Source of the DNA: Owenweeksia sp.
Lineage (GTDB): Bacteria; Bacteroidota; Bacteroidia; Flavobacteriales; Schleiferiaceae
Assembly: GCA_965212245.1 (NCBI GenBank)
Contig: OZ243107.1
Span: 2,881,659 to 2,905,658 of the forward strand
Length of the DNA: 24,000 bases
Reading direction: 5' to 3'
Shown here: one piece after another, positions 7,000 to 15,078 of the stretch
How positions within the stretch are numbered: the first letter of the stretch is position 1
How the letters are laid out: each line of letters starts with the position of its first letter
Notes under the pieces: generated by a model
What the model saw: only the letters and a program-made list of their open reading frames with translations
The model's database searches: none
Told to the model about the DNA's origin: nothing
Translations under genes and position numbers: made by a program

Positions 7000-9858
7000 T
7001 TAATAATAACCTCTTCGAATGCGTTCCAGTATTTTTCCAAAATCCGCATTCAATACAAAACGAACATTTTCAAAATAGGCAGGCTGGTTAAAGAAACTTA
7101 TATCCTGATTAGCGAAGGGCAAGTAGAACTCCAGGAAATCGGTAAACGGGGCTATACGCACACCGTAATCCCAATACGGGCCGTTTCCATCCACTAACCC
7201 TATGTCGCCAAATACTCCGAAAGCCCACCATATTGGTACAGAAAGTCCTGAGGTAAGCAGGTAATCATCTGCAAAAACATTGGTTTCACTTTTAAACCCT
7301 CCATCGGTTACAAAAAATTGTCTGCTCCATATCCCGCTTTCATCCGAGCGACCGATAAAGGAATAATCAAAAAGATAATCCTGCGTGCCACTTAAGCCTA
7401 AACTATAATAATTGTTATTGATACCTTGTTTTGAAAATTCATTGTTGAGGAAAACGCCACCAAAATGTCTCCATATCAGCCACTTTTTATTGGGAAGCAT
7501 CCAGCGTAAATCAGCTTCGGCTGTAAAGCTGCTAAACTGATTACCGTATTGAAAACCCGCTCTCAGTGTGATGGGGTTCAATACATTTATATCTTCATAA
7601 GTATAGTCTGCGGTAAGTACGGTGTAACTGGCGTTACTGATTTCATTGCGCAAGCCTTCAAAGAAGTTGGGTAATTCCCGCTCCACGGTTACTCCCCGAA
7701 AACGGAGTTTTTGCAATACTGTACTTTCACCATAGTTCCTGCGGAAATAAAAGCTAATGGATGGGGAAAGTCTCAGATAAGCCAGGTCCTCATCGTAGTG
7801 GTAATAGCGGCCAAAAAGGCCGGTGGAAATACGGTGGAAAGGCCCGCCTTGTGGCGTAAAGTTAAAGAGCATACTCCCGTAGCCGGTAATCTGCCCCGTG
7901 CCGGTGGAGTACTCAGGTCCAATTACATATTCAAAAGGCTTATCTACAAAGGTATTACTGTTGTAAAGGGAAATACCCAGCAATAATTGATCATAAGCGT
8001 TGTAGTTAGCAGTGGGCATCCAATACAACTGGGTTTTCCGGGGGTTTTCAAAACTGGTAAAAAATTGCAGGCGCAAGGGCTCAGCCTTTTTAAAAAGACC
8101 ATGCGTACGTATGCTGTTATTCTTTTGAGTAAACTCAGGAACTGATTGATGGTAGTTTACAATGACTTTATCAAAATCAGCATGGTACATCTGCACTGTT
8201 TTGGTACCCGTATGACCCGCAAACCATTCTGTGATCACTACCTGATTATCCTTAATACCGCTTAAGGAAAATGGCATAAGTGAACTACCCTTATTGCTAA
8301 TGGTTGCGGTGGTTACGGTAGGGCAGTGGTCTGTGGCAAGAATGGCGTAGTCGCTTTTACACGCTTTTTTTACTAAGTCATTGAAAAACCAATCCAGGTC
8401 ACCGTAGAAGTAAAAGGCTATGCTTTTCTTTAATGCTGTGGTCCCGGACTTTTTTCCCCGGTTTTCCAGGTAGAACTTACGCAGGGCACGGTTAAAGGCC
8501 CGTTCTCCGGTATATTCTTTTAAGTGGCTTAAAGCCAGGTAAGTTTTTCCTTGTGCAGAAGCTTCATAATTCAAACGGCTTAGTGAATCAGCCGGGGTGC
8601 CCATAGGCTGATCCAGCCCCTGACGCGCCAGGAAAAGAAAAAGTAACTGGTTTTGAAAATCGTAATCAAATTCATCCAGTTCAAAAAAGCGACCTACCAG
8701 TGAATTACTGAAAGGGAGCCACTTTTTATCAGGATAAATGGTTTTAATGAACTCGTATTTATAAAAATAGGGCAGTCCCCTGGCCAGCCATACATCTTTA
8801 AAACCGTTGGGGGCCATTTGGTAGCGAAAGAGCTGTTCTGCCCGGGCATGAGCCAGTTCTGAAGCCAGTTTAAAATTGGAGGATGGATATTCCAGGCTTA
8901 ATACACCATCGCTTTGAAACTCACCTTCTTTATCATCCAGTATAACTAAATCATAGGTGCGGGAAAAGTCATCGCCAATTTGCGAAGCAAAGAAATCATT
9001 CACCTGTTGATTGAGGCTTCGCATGATAGATGGGATATAGGGGTCATCACTTGTAGAGTATACATTAACACTATCATTTACCGGAAAAAGAAAGAAGTTT
9101 CGGGAAATATAGAACTGCAATGAACTTGTAGCGGGATGATGAAATCTGAGCGTTTTTTTCCGGCCGGGTACACCATTCATTTTTAAGAAGGGCTGGGCAC
9201 GCAACTGTTCCAGTTTGTTCTGCTCAGTTTTATCCTGTAACCTGGCGTTGCTAACTACTACCAGGTCTTCATCAAGGGTAAACGAAACATAATAGTTATC
9301 AAAACTTTGATAAAGGTCATTCTGATAGGTTACGGGGTTCAGTTGCCAGCCGGCAGAGTCCAGCATAGCCATACGCGGCAGCCAATTAATGATGCGGTAT
9401 ACTTCACCATCATAGCCAGTACCGTTAAAACGGGCATCCGGCAGACGAATTTCAAAGCGGGTTTTAATTGTAAGCGAATCTCCAGGCTTTAAATGCCTGT
9501 CAAGAACGATGCGTACAAACTCACAATCATCACAAGCCGGATATGCTTTACCATTCACTTCCAATTCAGAAAGATTGATAAAGCCTTTCTCTTTTTCATC
9601 AGCATAATAAAGGTCTACATCCTGAAAGGCAATGAATTGCTCTTGCAGTAAAGAACCTCTCCATTCCAATGACCGTGGAGGCAGGTGTAGATAAAGGTCT
9701 TTTACTGTATCACCGCTTTGATTGTAAAAAGAGATGTATTGTGAACCGCTTAACGTATGATTGGAATCATTGAGATCCAGTTCAGCCTGATAGGAGTGAG
9801 GTTGCGCATTTGATATCAGGGTTAACCCTAAAAGAAGGAAAATAAAGAAGTAACGCAA
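7000..9858 (-). CDS. large secreted/outer-membrane protein: M1-peptidase-like N-terminal region with degenerate catalytic motifs plus Omp85-like C-terminal beta-barrel
   Basis: The ORF track starts at the GTG at 9894. That codon lies inside the upstream terminator hairpin and upstream of a -7 box. A TTG at 9858 gives MRYFFIFLLLGLTLISNAQ, a clean signal peptide. The M1-like segment is SELAHARAEQLF..DVWLARGLPYF. The C-terminus is aromatic- and Gly-rich with VFGDIG..DYGVRIAP..FYLPFA. Confidence 0.7.
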   Translation of the reverse strand: MRYFFIFLLLGLTLISNAQPHSYQAELDLNDSNHTLSGSQYISFYNQSGDTVKDLYLHLPPRSLEWRGSLLQEQFIAFQDVDLYYADEKEKGFINLSELEVNGKAYPACDDCEFVRIVLDRHLKPGDSLTIKTRFEIRLPDARFNGTGYDGEVYRIINWLPRMAMLDSAGWQLNPVTYQNDLYQSFDNYYVSFTLDEDLVVVSNARLQDKTEQNKLEQLRAQPFLKMNGVPGRKKTLRFHHPATSSLQFYISRNFFLFPVNDSVNVYSTSDDPYIPSIMRSLNQQVNDFFASQIGDDFSRTYDLVILDDKEGEFQSDGVLSLEYPSSNFKLASELAHARAEQLFRYQMAPNGFKDVWLARGLPYFYKYEFIKTIYPDKKWLPFSNSLVGRFFELDEFDYDFQNQLLFLFLARQGLDQPMGTPADSLSRLNYEASAQGKTYLALSHLKEYTGERAFNRALRKFYLENRGKKSGTTALKKSIAFYFYGDLDWFFNDLVKKACKSDYAILATDHCPTVTTATISNKGSSLMPFSLSGIKDNQVVITEWFAGHTGTKTVQMYHADFDKVIVNYHQSVPEFTQKNNSIRTHGLFKKAEPLRLQFFTSFENPRKTQLYWMPTANYNAYDQLLLGISLYNSNTFVDKPFEYVIGPEYSTGTGQITGYGSMLFNFTPQGGPFHRISTGLFGRYYHYDEDLAYLRLSPSISFYFRRNYGESTVLQKLRFRGVTVERELPNFFEGLRNEISNASYTVLTADYTYEDINVLNPITLRAGFQYGNQFSSFTAEADLRWMLPNKKWLIWRHFGGVFLNNEFSKQGINNNYYSLGLSGTQDYLFDYSFIGRSDESGIWSRQFFVTDGGFKSETNVFADDYLLTSGLSVPIWWAFGVFGDIGLVDGNGPYWDYGVRIAPFTDFLEFYLPFANQDISFFNQPAYFENVRFVLNADFGKILERIRRGYY

Positions 9859-9874
9859 GGTCTCAGTTTTGCCA

Positions 9875-9882
9875 CAAATATA
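9875..9882 (-). promoter_or_regulatory. '-7' box TATATTTG for the 7000-9858 gene
   Basis: The minus strand reads TATATTTG immediately after the terminator U-tract. It lies 16 nt upstream of the TTG at 9858. Confidence 0.5.
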
Positions 9883-9883
9883 A

Positions 9884-9914
9884 AAACAGCCCACCGTGAA
9901 ACGGCAGGCTGTTT
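9884..9914 (-). terminator. rho-independent terminator of the PadR/PspC operon
   Basis: AAACAGCC (9884-9891) pairs with GGCTGTTT (9907-9914), with an inner CCG/CGG extension. On the minus strand the hairpin is followed by TTTTT. It sits 30 nt downstream of the PspC-gene stop. Confidence 0.75.
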
Positions 9915-9943
9915 AAAAAAACAAGCAATGAAAGAGTTGAGGA

Positions 9944-11707
9944 CTAGATAATGGTATATACCGGCCCTCCGGTAAGGGCAAGGGTGTATATGGTTTTACT
10001 TTGAGCCTGAGAGATCTGCAAATGTTCACCGGTATTGGCCGTATCCTGATCTTTTTCAGGAAAACCGGTATCGGTATTTTCCTCTTCAGTGACCTCCGGA
10101 AAGGAATCTTCCTTTTTGCGGGTTTTTAAACAATCTGAGCATTCCAACCCTTTTTCTGTCATCGTCCAGGTATGGTCTATCATGTCAAAGTCCCATACAT
10201 TATCCACATTTTTGATATCGTAAATAATGTCTACCATGTCTTGCCCCAGGTATACGGACTTGCCCACCGGCAAATACAGGGTGATAAACACTTCCTGATC
10301 GCGGAAGGGCGTATTCTCCGGCAAGAGGTAGTAGGATGAAAATTCAAGTACATCAAAAGAAGGTTCTGTTACAGTATACTGCACTGTTTCGGCATTGTTA
10401 CGTGCCACCCTTCGGTTTGCGCCCTGGGCTGTAACCTTGGTTTTGAGATGGAGAATACTATCGGGTGATGCGGCAATATCAAAGTATACTTTGGTGAAGG
10501 CATTACCCTCCTCCAGCTGCATCCAGCCGGCTGAGAAACCATCATCTTCAAACATCCGGTACACATCATCTTCATTGATGTGCAGTTTCAAAAGATCCGG
10601 AACATTGGTAATATCTCTTTCGGTAGTGTAAAAAGAGCGGTCGTCAAACTCAGTACCAATGCGGATACCAGCTACCAAAACCATTATGAAGCCTATTATG
10701 GCGGCCAGTATTAGCCCATTGCGCACTCCACTGGTTAAACGGTCCAGTTTAAAGATGATCCGTACTCCAAGATAAATGATAAGGGTTAAGGGGGCCAGTA
10801 CTAGCAGCGCAATCCCAATAAGGAGCAGGTTGTAGTGTGCTTCACTGACGGTTACCAGTGAGAAGAACTTAAAAAGATCACCAAAGGCATAACTGTCACC
10901 CATTAGCTGAAAACCACCCGTAAATAAAGCGGCAACCAGAGCGAACAGCACCAGGAAACCAATAAAGATGAAGAAGAAGCCAATGAGTTTTAATACAAAA
11001 CGCAGGATAAGCTTAAGGGCGTTGATTATAAAATCTCCTGCGTCCCTAAGGAAATCACCAGCATGACGGGCAGGCTTACCGTAGTCATAGTCAGAGGCCT
11101 TACGGGTGAAATCCTTTACGTTCTTTCCCAGGCTACCCATTTCATCGCGGATGGATTTTTCAATATTGGAAATATTGACCGTTTCACCGCGCATTTGCAG
11201 TTTTTCAGCTGTAGTGTTCGCCTTGGGAACCACCAGCCATAAAATGAAATAGAACAGTATTCCAAAGCCACTGAAAATAAGCACCACTATGAGTAAACGC
11301 ATCCATAACGGATCAATATTAAAATAGGCAGCTAAACCTGAAGCCACTCCACCCAGGATACGGTCATCGGGATCGCGGAAGATGCGTTTTTTGGGTGTGT
11401 AATACGTGTCTTCGAATGATCTTTTGGAGTTTCCATCTTCTTCAGGGTCAAGATAATCTTCCGGTTTACCCATTATAGAGATCACTTTTTCTACGTCAGC
11501 GGTAGAGATCACTTCTTTGGCTTTGGTAGTTTCTTCACGAAAAAGTTCAGCTATGCGGACTTCAATATCCCGGATAATTTCTTCTCCGCCTTCAGCTGTA
11601 GAGAATTGTTGTTTTAAGGTAGACAGGTACCTCTCCAGTATATGATAGGCATCTTCATCAATGTGAAATATGAGGCCTCCAAGGTTGATATTCAGTGTTT
11701 TATTCAT
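9944..11707 (-). CDS. PspC domain-containing membrane protein (long form)
   Basis: The PspC domain reads RDPDDRILGGVASGLAAYFNIDPLWMRLLIVVLIFSGFGILFYFILWLVVP. Further TM helices and a large C-terminal extracytoplasmic region follow. The likely start is the ATG at 11707 (MNKTLNINLGG...), which overlaps the PadR stop as ATGAATAA. The ORF-track start at 11737 would lie well inside padR. Confidence 0.85.
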   Translation of the reverse strand: MNKTLNINLGGLIFHIDEDAYHILERYLSTLKQQFSTAEGGEEIIRDIEVRIAELFREETTKAKEVISTADVEKVISIMGKPEDYLDPEEDGNSKRSFEDTYYTPKKRIFRDPDDRILGGVASGLAAYFNIDPLWMRLLIVVLIFSGFGILFYFILWLVVPKANTTAEKLQMRGETVNISNIEKSIRDEMGSLGKNVKDFTRKASDYDYGKPARHAGDFLRDAGDFIINALKLILRFVLKLIGFFFIFIGFLVLFALVAALFTGGFQLMGDSYAFGDLFKFFSLVTVSEAHYNLLLIGIALLVLAPLTLIIYLGVRIIFKLDRLTSGVRNGLILAAIIGFIMVLVAGIRIGTEFDDRSFYTTERDITNVPDLLKLHINEDDVYRMFEDDGFSAGWMQLEEGNAFTKVYFDIAASPDSILHLKTKVTAQGANRRVARNNAETVQYTVTEPSFDVLEFSSYYLLPENTPFRDQEVFITLYLPVGKSVYLGQDMVDIIYDIKNVDNVWDFDMIDHTWTMTEKGLECSDCLKTRKKEDSFPEVTEEENTDTGFPEKDQDTANTGEHLQISQAQSKTIYTLALTGGPVYTII

Positions 11708-12041
11708 TGCTATTTGGTTTTTTTGTGGTTTTTTCAACGGCCATCACCAGGTCGTTCCAGGTCGTGTGTAATTCAGTTAAAACAGATTCGCCTTTATCCG
11801 TAAGTGAATAATACTTGCGGGGCGGCCCTGATTTGGATTCTTCCCAACGGTAGGAAAGCAGGTCAGCATTTTTAAGACGGGTAAGAAGTGGGTACAATGT
11901 ACCTTCTACCACAATCATTTTGGCCTTTTTCAGGTGCTCTATAATGTCTGAGGCGTAAGCATCTTCCCTTTGCAGAAGAGCGAGGATGCAAAGCTCCAGC
12001 ACACCTTTGCGCATCTGGGCCTTTGTGTTTTCTATATTCAT
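11700..12041 (-). CDS. PadR-family transcriptional regulator
   Basis: 113 aa winged-helix protein with GVLELCILALL...YASDIIEHL...EGTLYPLLTRLKNADLLSYRWEES..GPPRKYYSLTDKG, the classic PadR signature. Confidence 0.9.
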   Translation of the reverse strand: MNIENTKAQMRKGVLELCILALLQREDAYASDIIEHLKKAKMIVVEGTLYPLLTRLKNADLLSYRWEESKSGPPRKYYSLTDKGESVLTELHTTWNDLVMAVEKTTKKPNSNE

Positions 12042-12071
12042 AATTGTTTTCGTTAGATCTTAACAGGAGGC

Positions 12072-12554
12072 TCAGGCCTCTTGTATAACTTTTAGTTTAC
12101 CATCTACCGAGATAAGGAAAGCGCGCCCATCATCATCTTTGATCAGCAGGTGCACCTGCCGGTAGTAGTTGTTATTCTTTTTGCCATACATACGGAACTG
12201 GTGGGTATCACTGGAATAATTAAAGTTATAGGGGATTGCAGGATATCCTAAACGTTTTATTTCCTGATCAAGATGGGAGAGGATCTTGTTGCACTCATCT
12301 TTTTTATCAAATGCAATAAAACGCATCCTGTAAATATCACCGCTTACATTCCTGATCTTTTCTTCCCATTCCACATCAATATCCACCGCATCCAATAATT
12401 CTTTGGTAAAGGTGAAGGAGATGGTATTGTCGCGTTGAGCGTATTCTTCAAATACTTCAGAGAACCCGGCTTTATCCTGTGCAAATACCTTGTGGCTGGT
12501 TGCCAATATTATGAAGGCCAGTATCACAGGAATCAGAATTGATTTTTTCATCAT
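12072..12554 (-). CDS. secreted hypothetical protein, DUF4252-like
   Basis: 160 aa. It has a signal peptide (ILIPVILAFIILATSHKVFAQ). The layout resembles DUF4252 (F..VFEEY....N..SFT..K.LL...........IRFIAFDKK...). The assignment is from memory of the family pattern only. Confidence 0.55.
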   Translation of the reverse strand: MMKKSILIPVILAFIILATSHKVFAQDKAGFSEVFEEYAQRDNTISFTFTKELLDAVDIDVEWEEKIRNVSGDIYRMRFIAFDKKDECNKILSHLDQEIKRLGYPAIPYNFNYSSDTHQFRMYGKKNNNYYRQVHLLIKDDDGRAFLISVDGKLKVIQEA

Positions 12555-12604
12555 GTAGTTTATTTCGGTTGATCTTGCTTTACGGATTCTCCGTATTGGC
12601 TATA

Positions 12605-12612
12605 CAAAGATA
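12605..12612 (-). promoter_or_regulatory. '-7' box TATCTTTG for the DUF4252-like/PadR/PspC operon
   Basis: The minus strand reads TATCTTTG (TAnnTTTG), 50 nt upstream of the ATG at 12554. Confidence 0.45.
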
Positions 12613-12622
12613 TAAACAAAAG

Positions 12623-12649
12623 ATAGTACTATGCAATACAAAGTACTAT
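12623..12649. promoter_or_regulatory. candidate operator: ATAGTACTAT palindrome plus second AGTACTAT copy (inverted repeat TAGTACT-N11-AGTACTA)
   Basis: A perfect 10-bp palindrome lies at 12623-12632. A second AGTACTAT lies at 12642-12649. The pair sits 11-37 bp upstream of the -7 box of an operon that encodes a PadR repressor. Confidence 0.4.
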
Positions 12650-12687
12650 AATAAATTTTTAAACTCTGATTTACAGTTGTTTAAATT

Positions 12688-13734
12688 TTAATCTAAATCC
12701 TTCATAGTGTGATTGTACTGCCGAAACAGAGACAGAGCTTGTTGAACGGACACCGGTTTTTCACCATTTTCGATCCTTTTGCGGGCCAGTTGGTGCTGCA
12801 CTTTAAAGTGATGGATTAATACCTTCCAGGCGTAGAAAAGGGAGTACTGCGGATCATAAATATGGGCTGGTTCGGAATTAGCTCCGTTTACTTCTATCAG
12901 CACCCTGTCTTTTCCAGCTTTCAGTCCTTCCCAGTTGCAAAAACGAATATCCATGCGGCCATATTCAAAGCCTGGCAGGCTTTGAGCTATTTTAATCAGG
13001 CTTTCAGAAAGAGTGTCATCCAGATGATGGCTGGCATCTTTAAAGCAAGTGCCCAAACGGTGATTCCCAATGGATCCCAGTTTGAAAACCCGGTCCTCTT
13101 CTACCACTTTTTGCAGGGGATATGTTTTGTTTTGCTTCCAGCGTTTCAGTTGCAAAAAAGCGCGTTCATTTTTTCGGATGAGCAGCTCCAGATTTGATTG
13201 CCCATCACCGGTTACATGCAAAAACTCACGTTCCATAAGTGAACTGACTTTCCATTTTCCAGTTTCAGGGTCTTGAATCAAAAATGCACCTATCTCTTTT
13301 GGATAATCAAGAAAGGGCTGAAGGATGAAATCAAAGCCGGGTTTGGGTTTCCATAGCCTTAGTTCCTGTAGTGAATGTATTATTTCAATACCCTTCCCAC
13401 GCATACCCCGGTCTGGCTTAACAATAAGGGGGAAATTTATTGCTGCCTCTTTGAGACTTATAATCAGTTGGTCAGCAGAAGTACCAGTCTTAAAAAGTAA
13501 AGTAGCAGGCATATAGTTCTGTGGAGTTTTCAGATACATGTCCCATTTGGATTCTTCCAGTATTCCACCATAGCGCATATAGGGTCGGTTTACAACGGTT
13601 GGAAAGCTTAAACCGGAATGCAGACTATTCCAAAAATACTGGATTAATAAGGGGATATATACAATTTTCCAGGGCCAATATTCCCAGTTTAACAGTTGAA
13701 TACGTATTCTTCTAAAACGATCCCGGAGATTCAT
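12688..13734 (-). CDS. ATP-grasp family ligase (uncharacterised subfamily) with hydrophobic N-terminal segment
   Basis: LIVKPDRGMRGKGIEII is a Lys/Gly-rich ATP-binding stretch. GRMDIRF...VLIEVNGANSEPAHIYDP is an E-x-N Mg/ATP motif. The N-terminus reads WEYWPWKIVYIPLLIQYFW. The start is probably the ATG at 13734 (MNLRDRF...), with 13767 as the alternative. Either overlaps the NRDE gene end. Confidence 0.7.
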   Translation of the reverse strand: MNLRDRFRRIRIQLLNWEYWPWKIVYIPLLIQYFWNSLHSGLSFPTVVNRPYMRYGGILEESKWDMYLKTPQNYMPATLLFKTGTSADQLIISLKEAAINFPLIVKPDRGMRGKGIEIIHSLQELRLWKPKPGFDFILQPFLDYPKEIGAFLIQDPETGKWKVSSLMEREFLHVTGDGQSNLELLIRKNERAFLQLKRWKQNKTYPLQKVVEEDRVFKLGSIGNHRLGTCFKDASHHLDDTLSESLIKIAQSLPGFEYGRMDIRFCNWEGLKAGKDRVLIEVNGANSEPAHIYDPQYSLFYAWKVLIHHFKVQHQLARKRIENGEKPVSVQQALSLFRQYNHTMKDLD

Positions 13735-14440
13735 CGTGGGGAAGATGCATTTTGTCTTCAGTGGCATGGACAAAATCGTGGTAAAGTATATGGGTAGAAT
13801 TGGATATGTGCGAAATTTGAGTGAGACTCACAGTTTTGAGTATTCCCCAACGGCTCATAACCAGATCATTTTCCTGATCTCCGTCTCCGGCACTCAAATG
13901 GAAACGGGTCATATTCTCAGGACTTAACCGGGGTTTATGAGAAAGCCAGTTTTCAAACCACTTTTCACGTTTAGTGCGTACTTCTTCGGTGTATAGTGTG
14001 GTACTGGACCAAATATGTGTTTGATGCATATCCAGCTCATGAAGTAAGGTGTTTTGTTCATTATGAATGAGCTTAAACAAGCCCGTGGGGTGCCAGATAA
14101 TGAGAGTGAAGGGTTCTATATCATCAAAGTCATATTCCTTATAGAAATGCTCAGGGTTTTCAAAGTCAAAACTCTCCAAAACCACTACTCCACGACTTTT
14201 CCTATACGAGCTTTTGCGGGTATGGGGCTCGCTTCCCCCGTTTAAAATGCAAGCCGATATCTTACGGTTGGAGTATGCGATCCAGGTGCCCTTAGCTTCC
14301 AGGTCTTGTGGAAAATAAAGTGTTTGCTGGCTTCTTGTCTTTTGAATAATGGTTTGAGAAGAAGGCCTGTCTTGCCGTTCATCCCGGTTGTGTGTGAAAA
14401 TATACCCGTTTGCAAGCGGAATGTAGGTAAGTGTACACAT
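13712..14440 (-). CDS. NRDE-family (TANGO2-like) protein
   Basis: A start at the ATG at 14440 gives MCTLTYIP...FTHNRDE, which has the Met-Cys N-terminus and the NRDE motif. It also has GTWIA and KSRGVVV. That start is 2 nt after the upstream stop. Confidence 0.8.
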   Translation of the reverse strand: MCTLTYIPLANGYIFTHNRDERQDRPSSQTIIQKTRSQQTLYFPQDLEAKGTWIAYSNRKISACILNGGSEPHTRKSSYRKSRGVVVLESFDFENPEHFYKEYDFDDIEPFTLIIWHPTGLFKLIHNEQNTLLHELDMHQTHIWSSTTLYTEEVRTKREKWFENWLSHKPRLSPENMTRFHLSAGDGDQENDLVMSRWGILKTVSLTQISHISNSTHILYHDFVHATEDKMHLPHDESPGSF

Positions 14441-14442
14441 AT

Positions 14443-14967
14443 TCAGGAAACTTTTTGAACCTGGCAATTTTTCTGAATATTCCTCCAGGTGCTGCGTGCC
14501 ACACCAAATTGTTCAGAGAGCTCTATACCCGGGCGAATGGACTCGATAGCAATACGAATAATAGCCATGTGATGTACTATATGTTCCAGGTTATAGGCTA
14601 ATTCACGACTGAGGGAAGAAGCACTGCGGCTACAGTCATTGCCTGTTTCACTGTAATCTCCCTCTACAAACAGGCTGCGATCACTTTGTATGGAGTTAAT
14701 GATACTGCTTATTTTCTGCAGTTGTTCAATGGCTTTGGCTTTGTTGTTTTCCAGTATAAAGCTTCGCTTACGTAAATCGTAATTCAACACTTGCGTGTGG
14801 CATTCCAGAAGAGTATCGTAAAACTCTATAATATGGCGAATGTGCTTTCCAATACTATTGCCGTGAAGCAGTTTTATATCCCGATTGTAATCCTCATTGA
14901 GAATAAGCTCTAAAAAGTGAATGAGCTGTGCAAGGGCATGAGCCGTTTCGTCCTGCAGATTTTTCAT
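14443..14967 (-). CDS. DinB-like four-helix-bundle protein (putative metal-binding)
   Basis: The His-rich helices IGKHIRHIIEFY and NLEHIVHHMAIIR resemble the DinB/DinB_2 metal triad. The likely start is the ATG at 14967 (MKNLQDE...). The ORF-track start at 15018 is a TTG. Confidence 0.5.
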   Translation of the reverse strand: MKNLQDETAHALAQLIHFLELILNEDYNRDIKLLHGNSIGKHIRHIIEFYDTLLECHTQVLNYDLRKRSFILENNKAKAIEQLQKISSIINSIQSDRSLFVEGDYSETGNDCSRSASSLSRELAYNLEHIVHHMAIIRIAIESIRPGIELSEQFGVARSTWRNIQKNCQVQKVS

Positions 14968-15078
14968 AAAGTTCCTGAGTTTCCTGTCTGATAAATGATG
15001 GTTGAGCAAGTAGAACAATCATTTATATTACCTGCAAATAACAAATTTTTATCGGGTTAGGAATGTCAGGGAAATACC

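Noticed and set aside
9859-9894. GTG-initiated N-terminal extension (MGCFYICGKTET) of the 964-aa ORF
   Set aside because: The extension overlaps the upstream terminator hairpin and lies upstream of the predicted -7 box. The TTG at 9858 gives a canonical signal peptide.
12655-12687. AT-rich inverted repeat TTTAAAC...GTTTAAA just downstream of the ATP-grasp stop
   Set aside because: The 7-bp all-weak stem has a 14-nt loop and no clear U-tract. It is unlikely to be stable.
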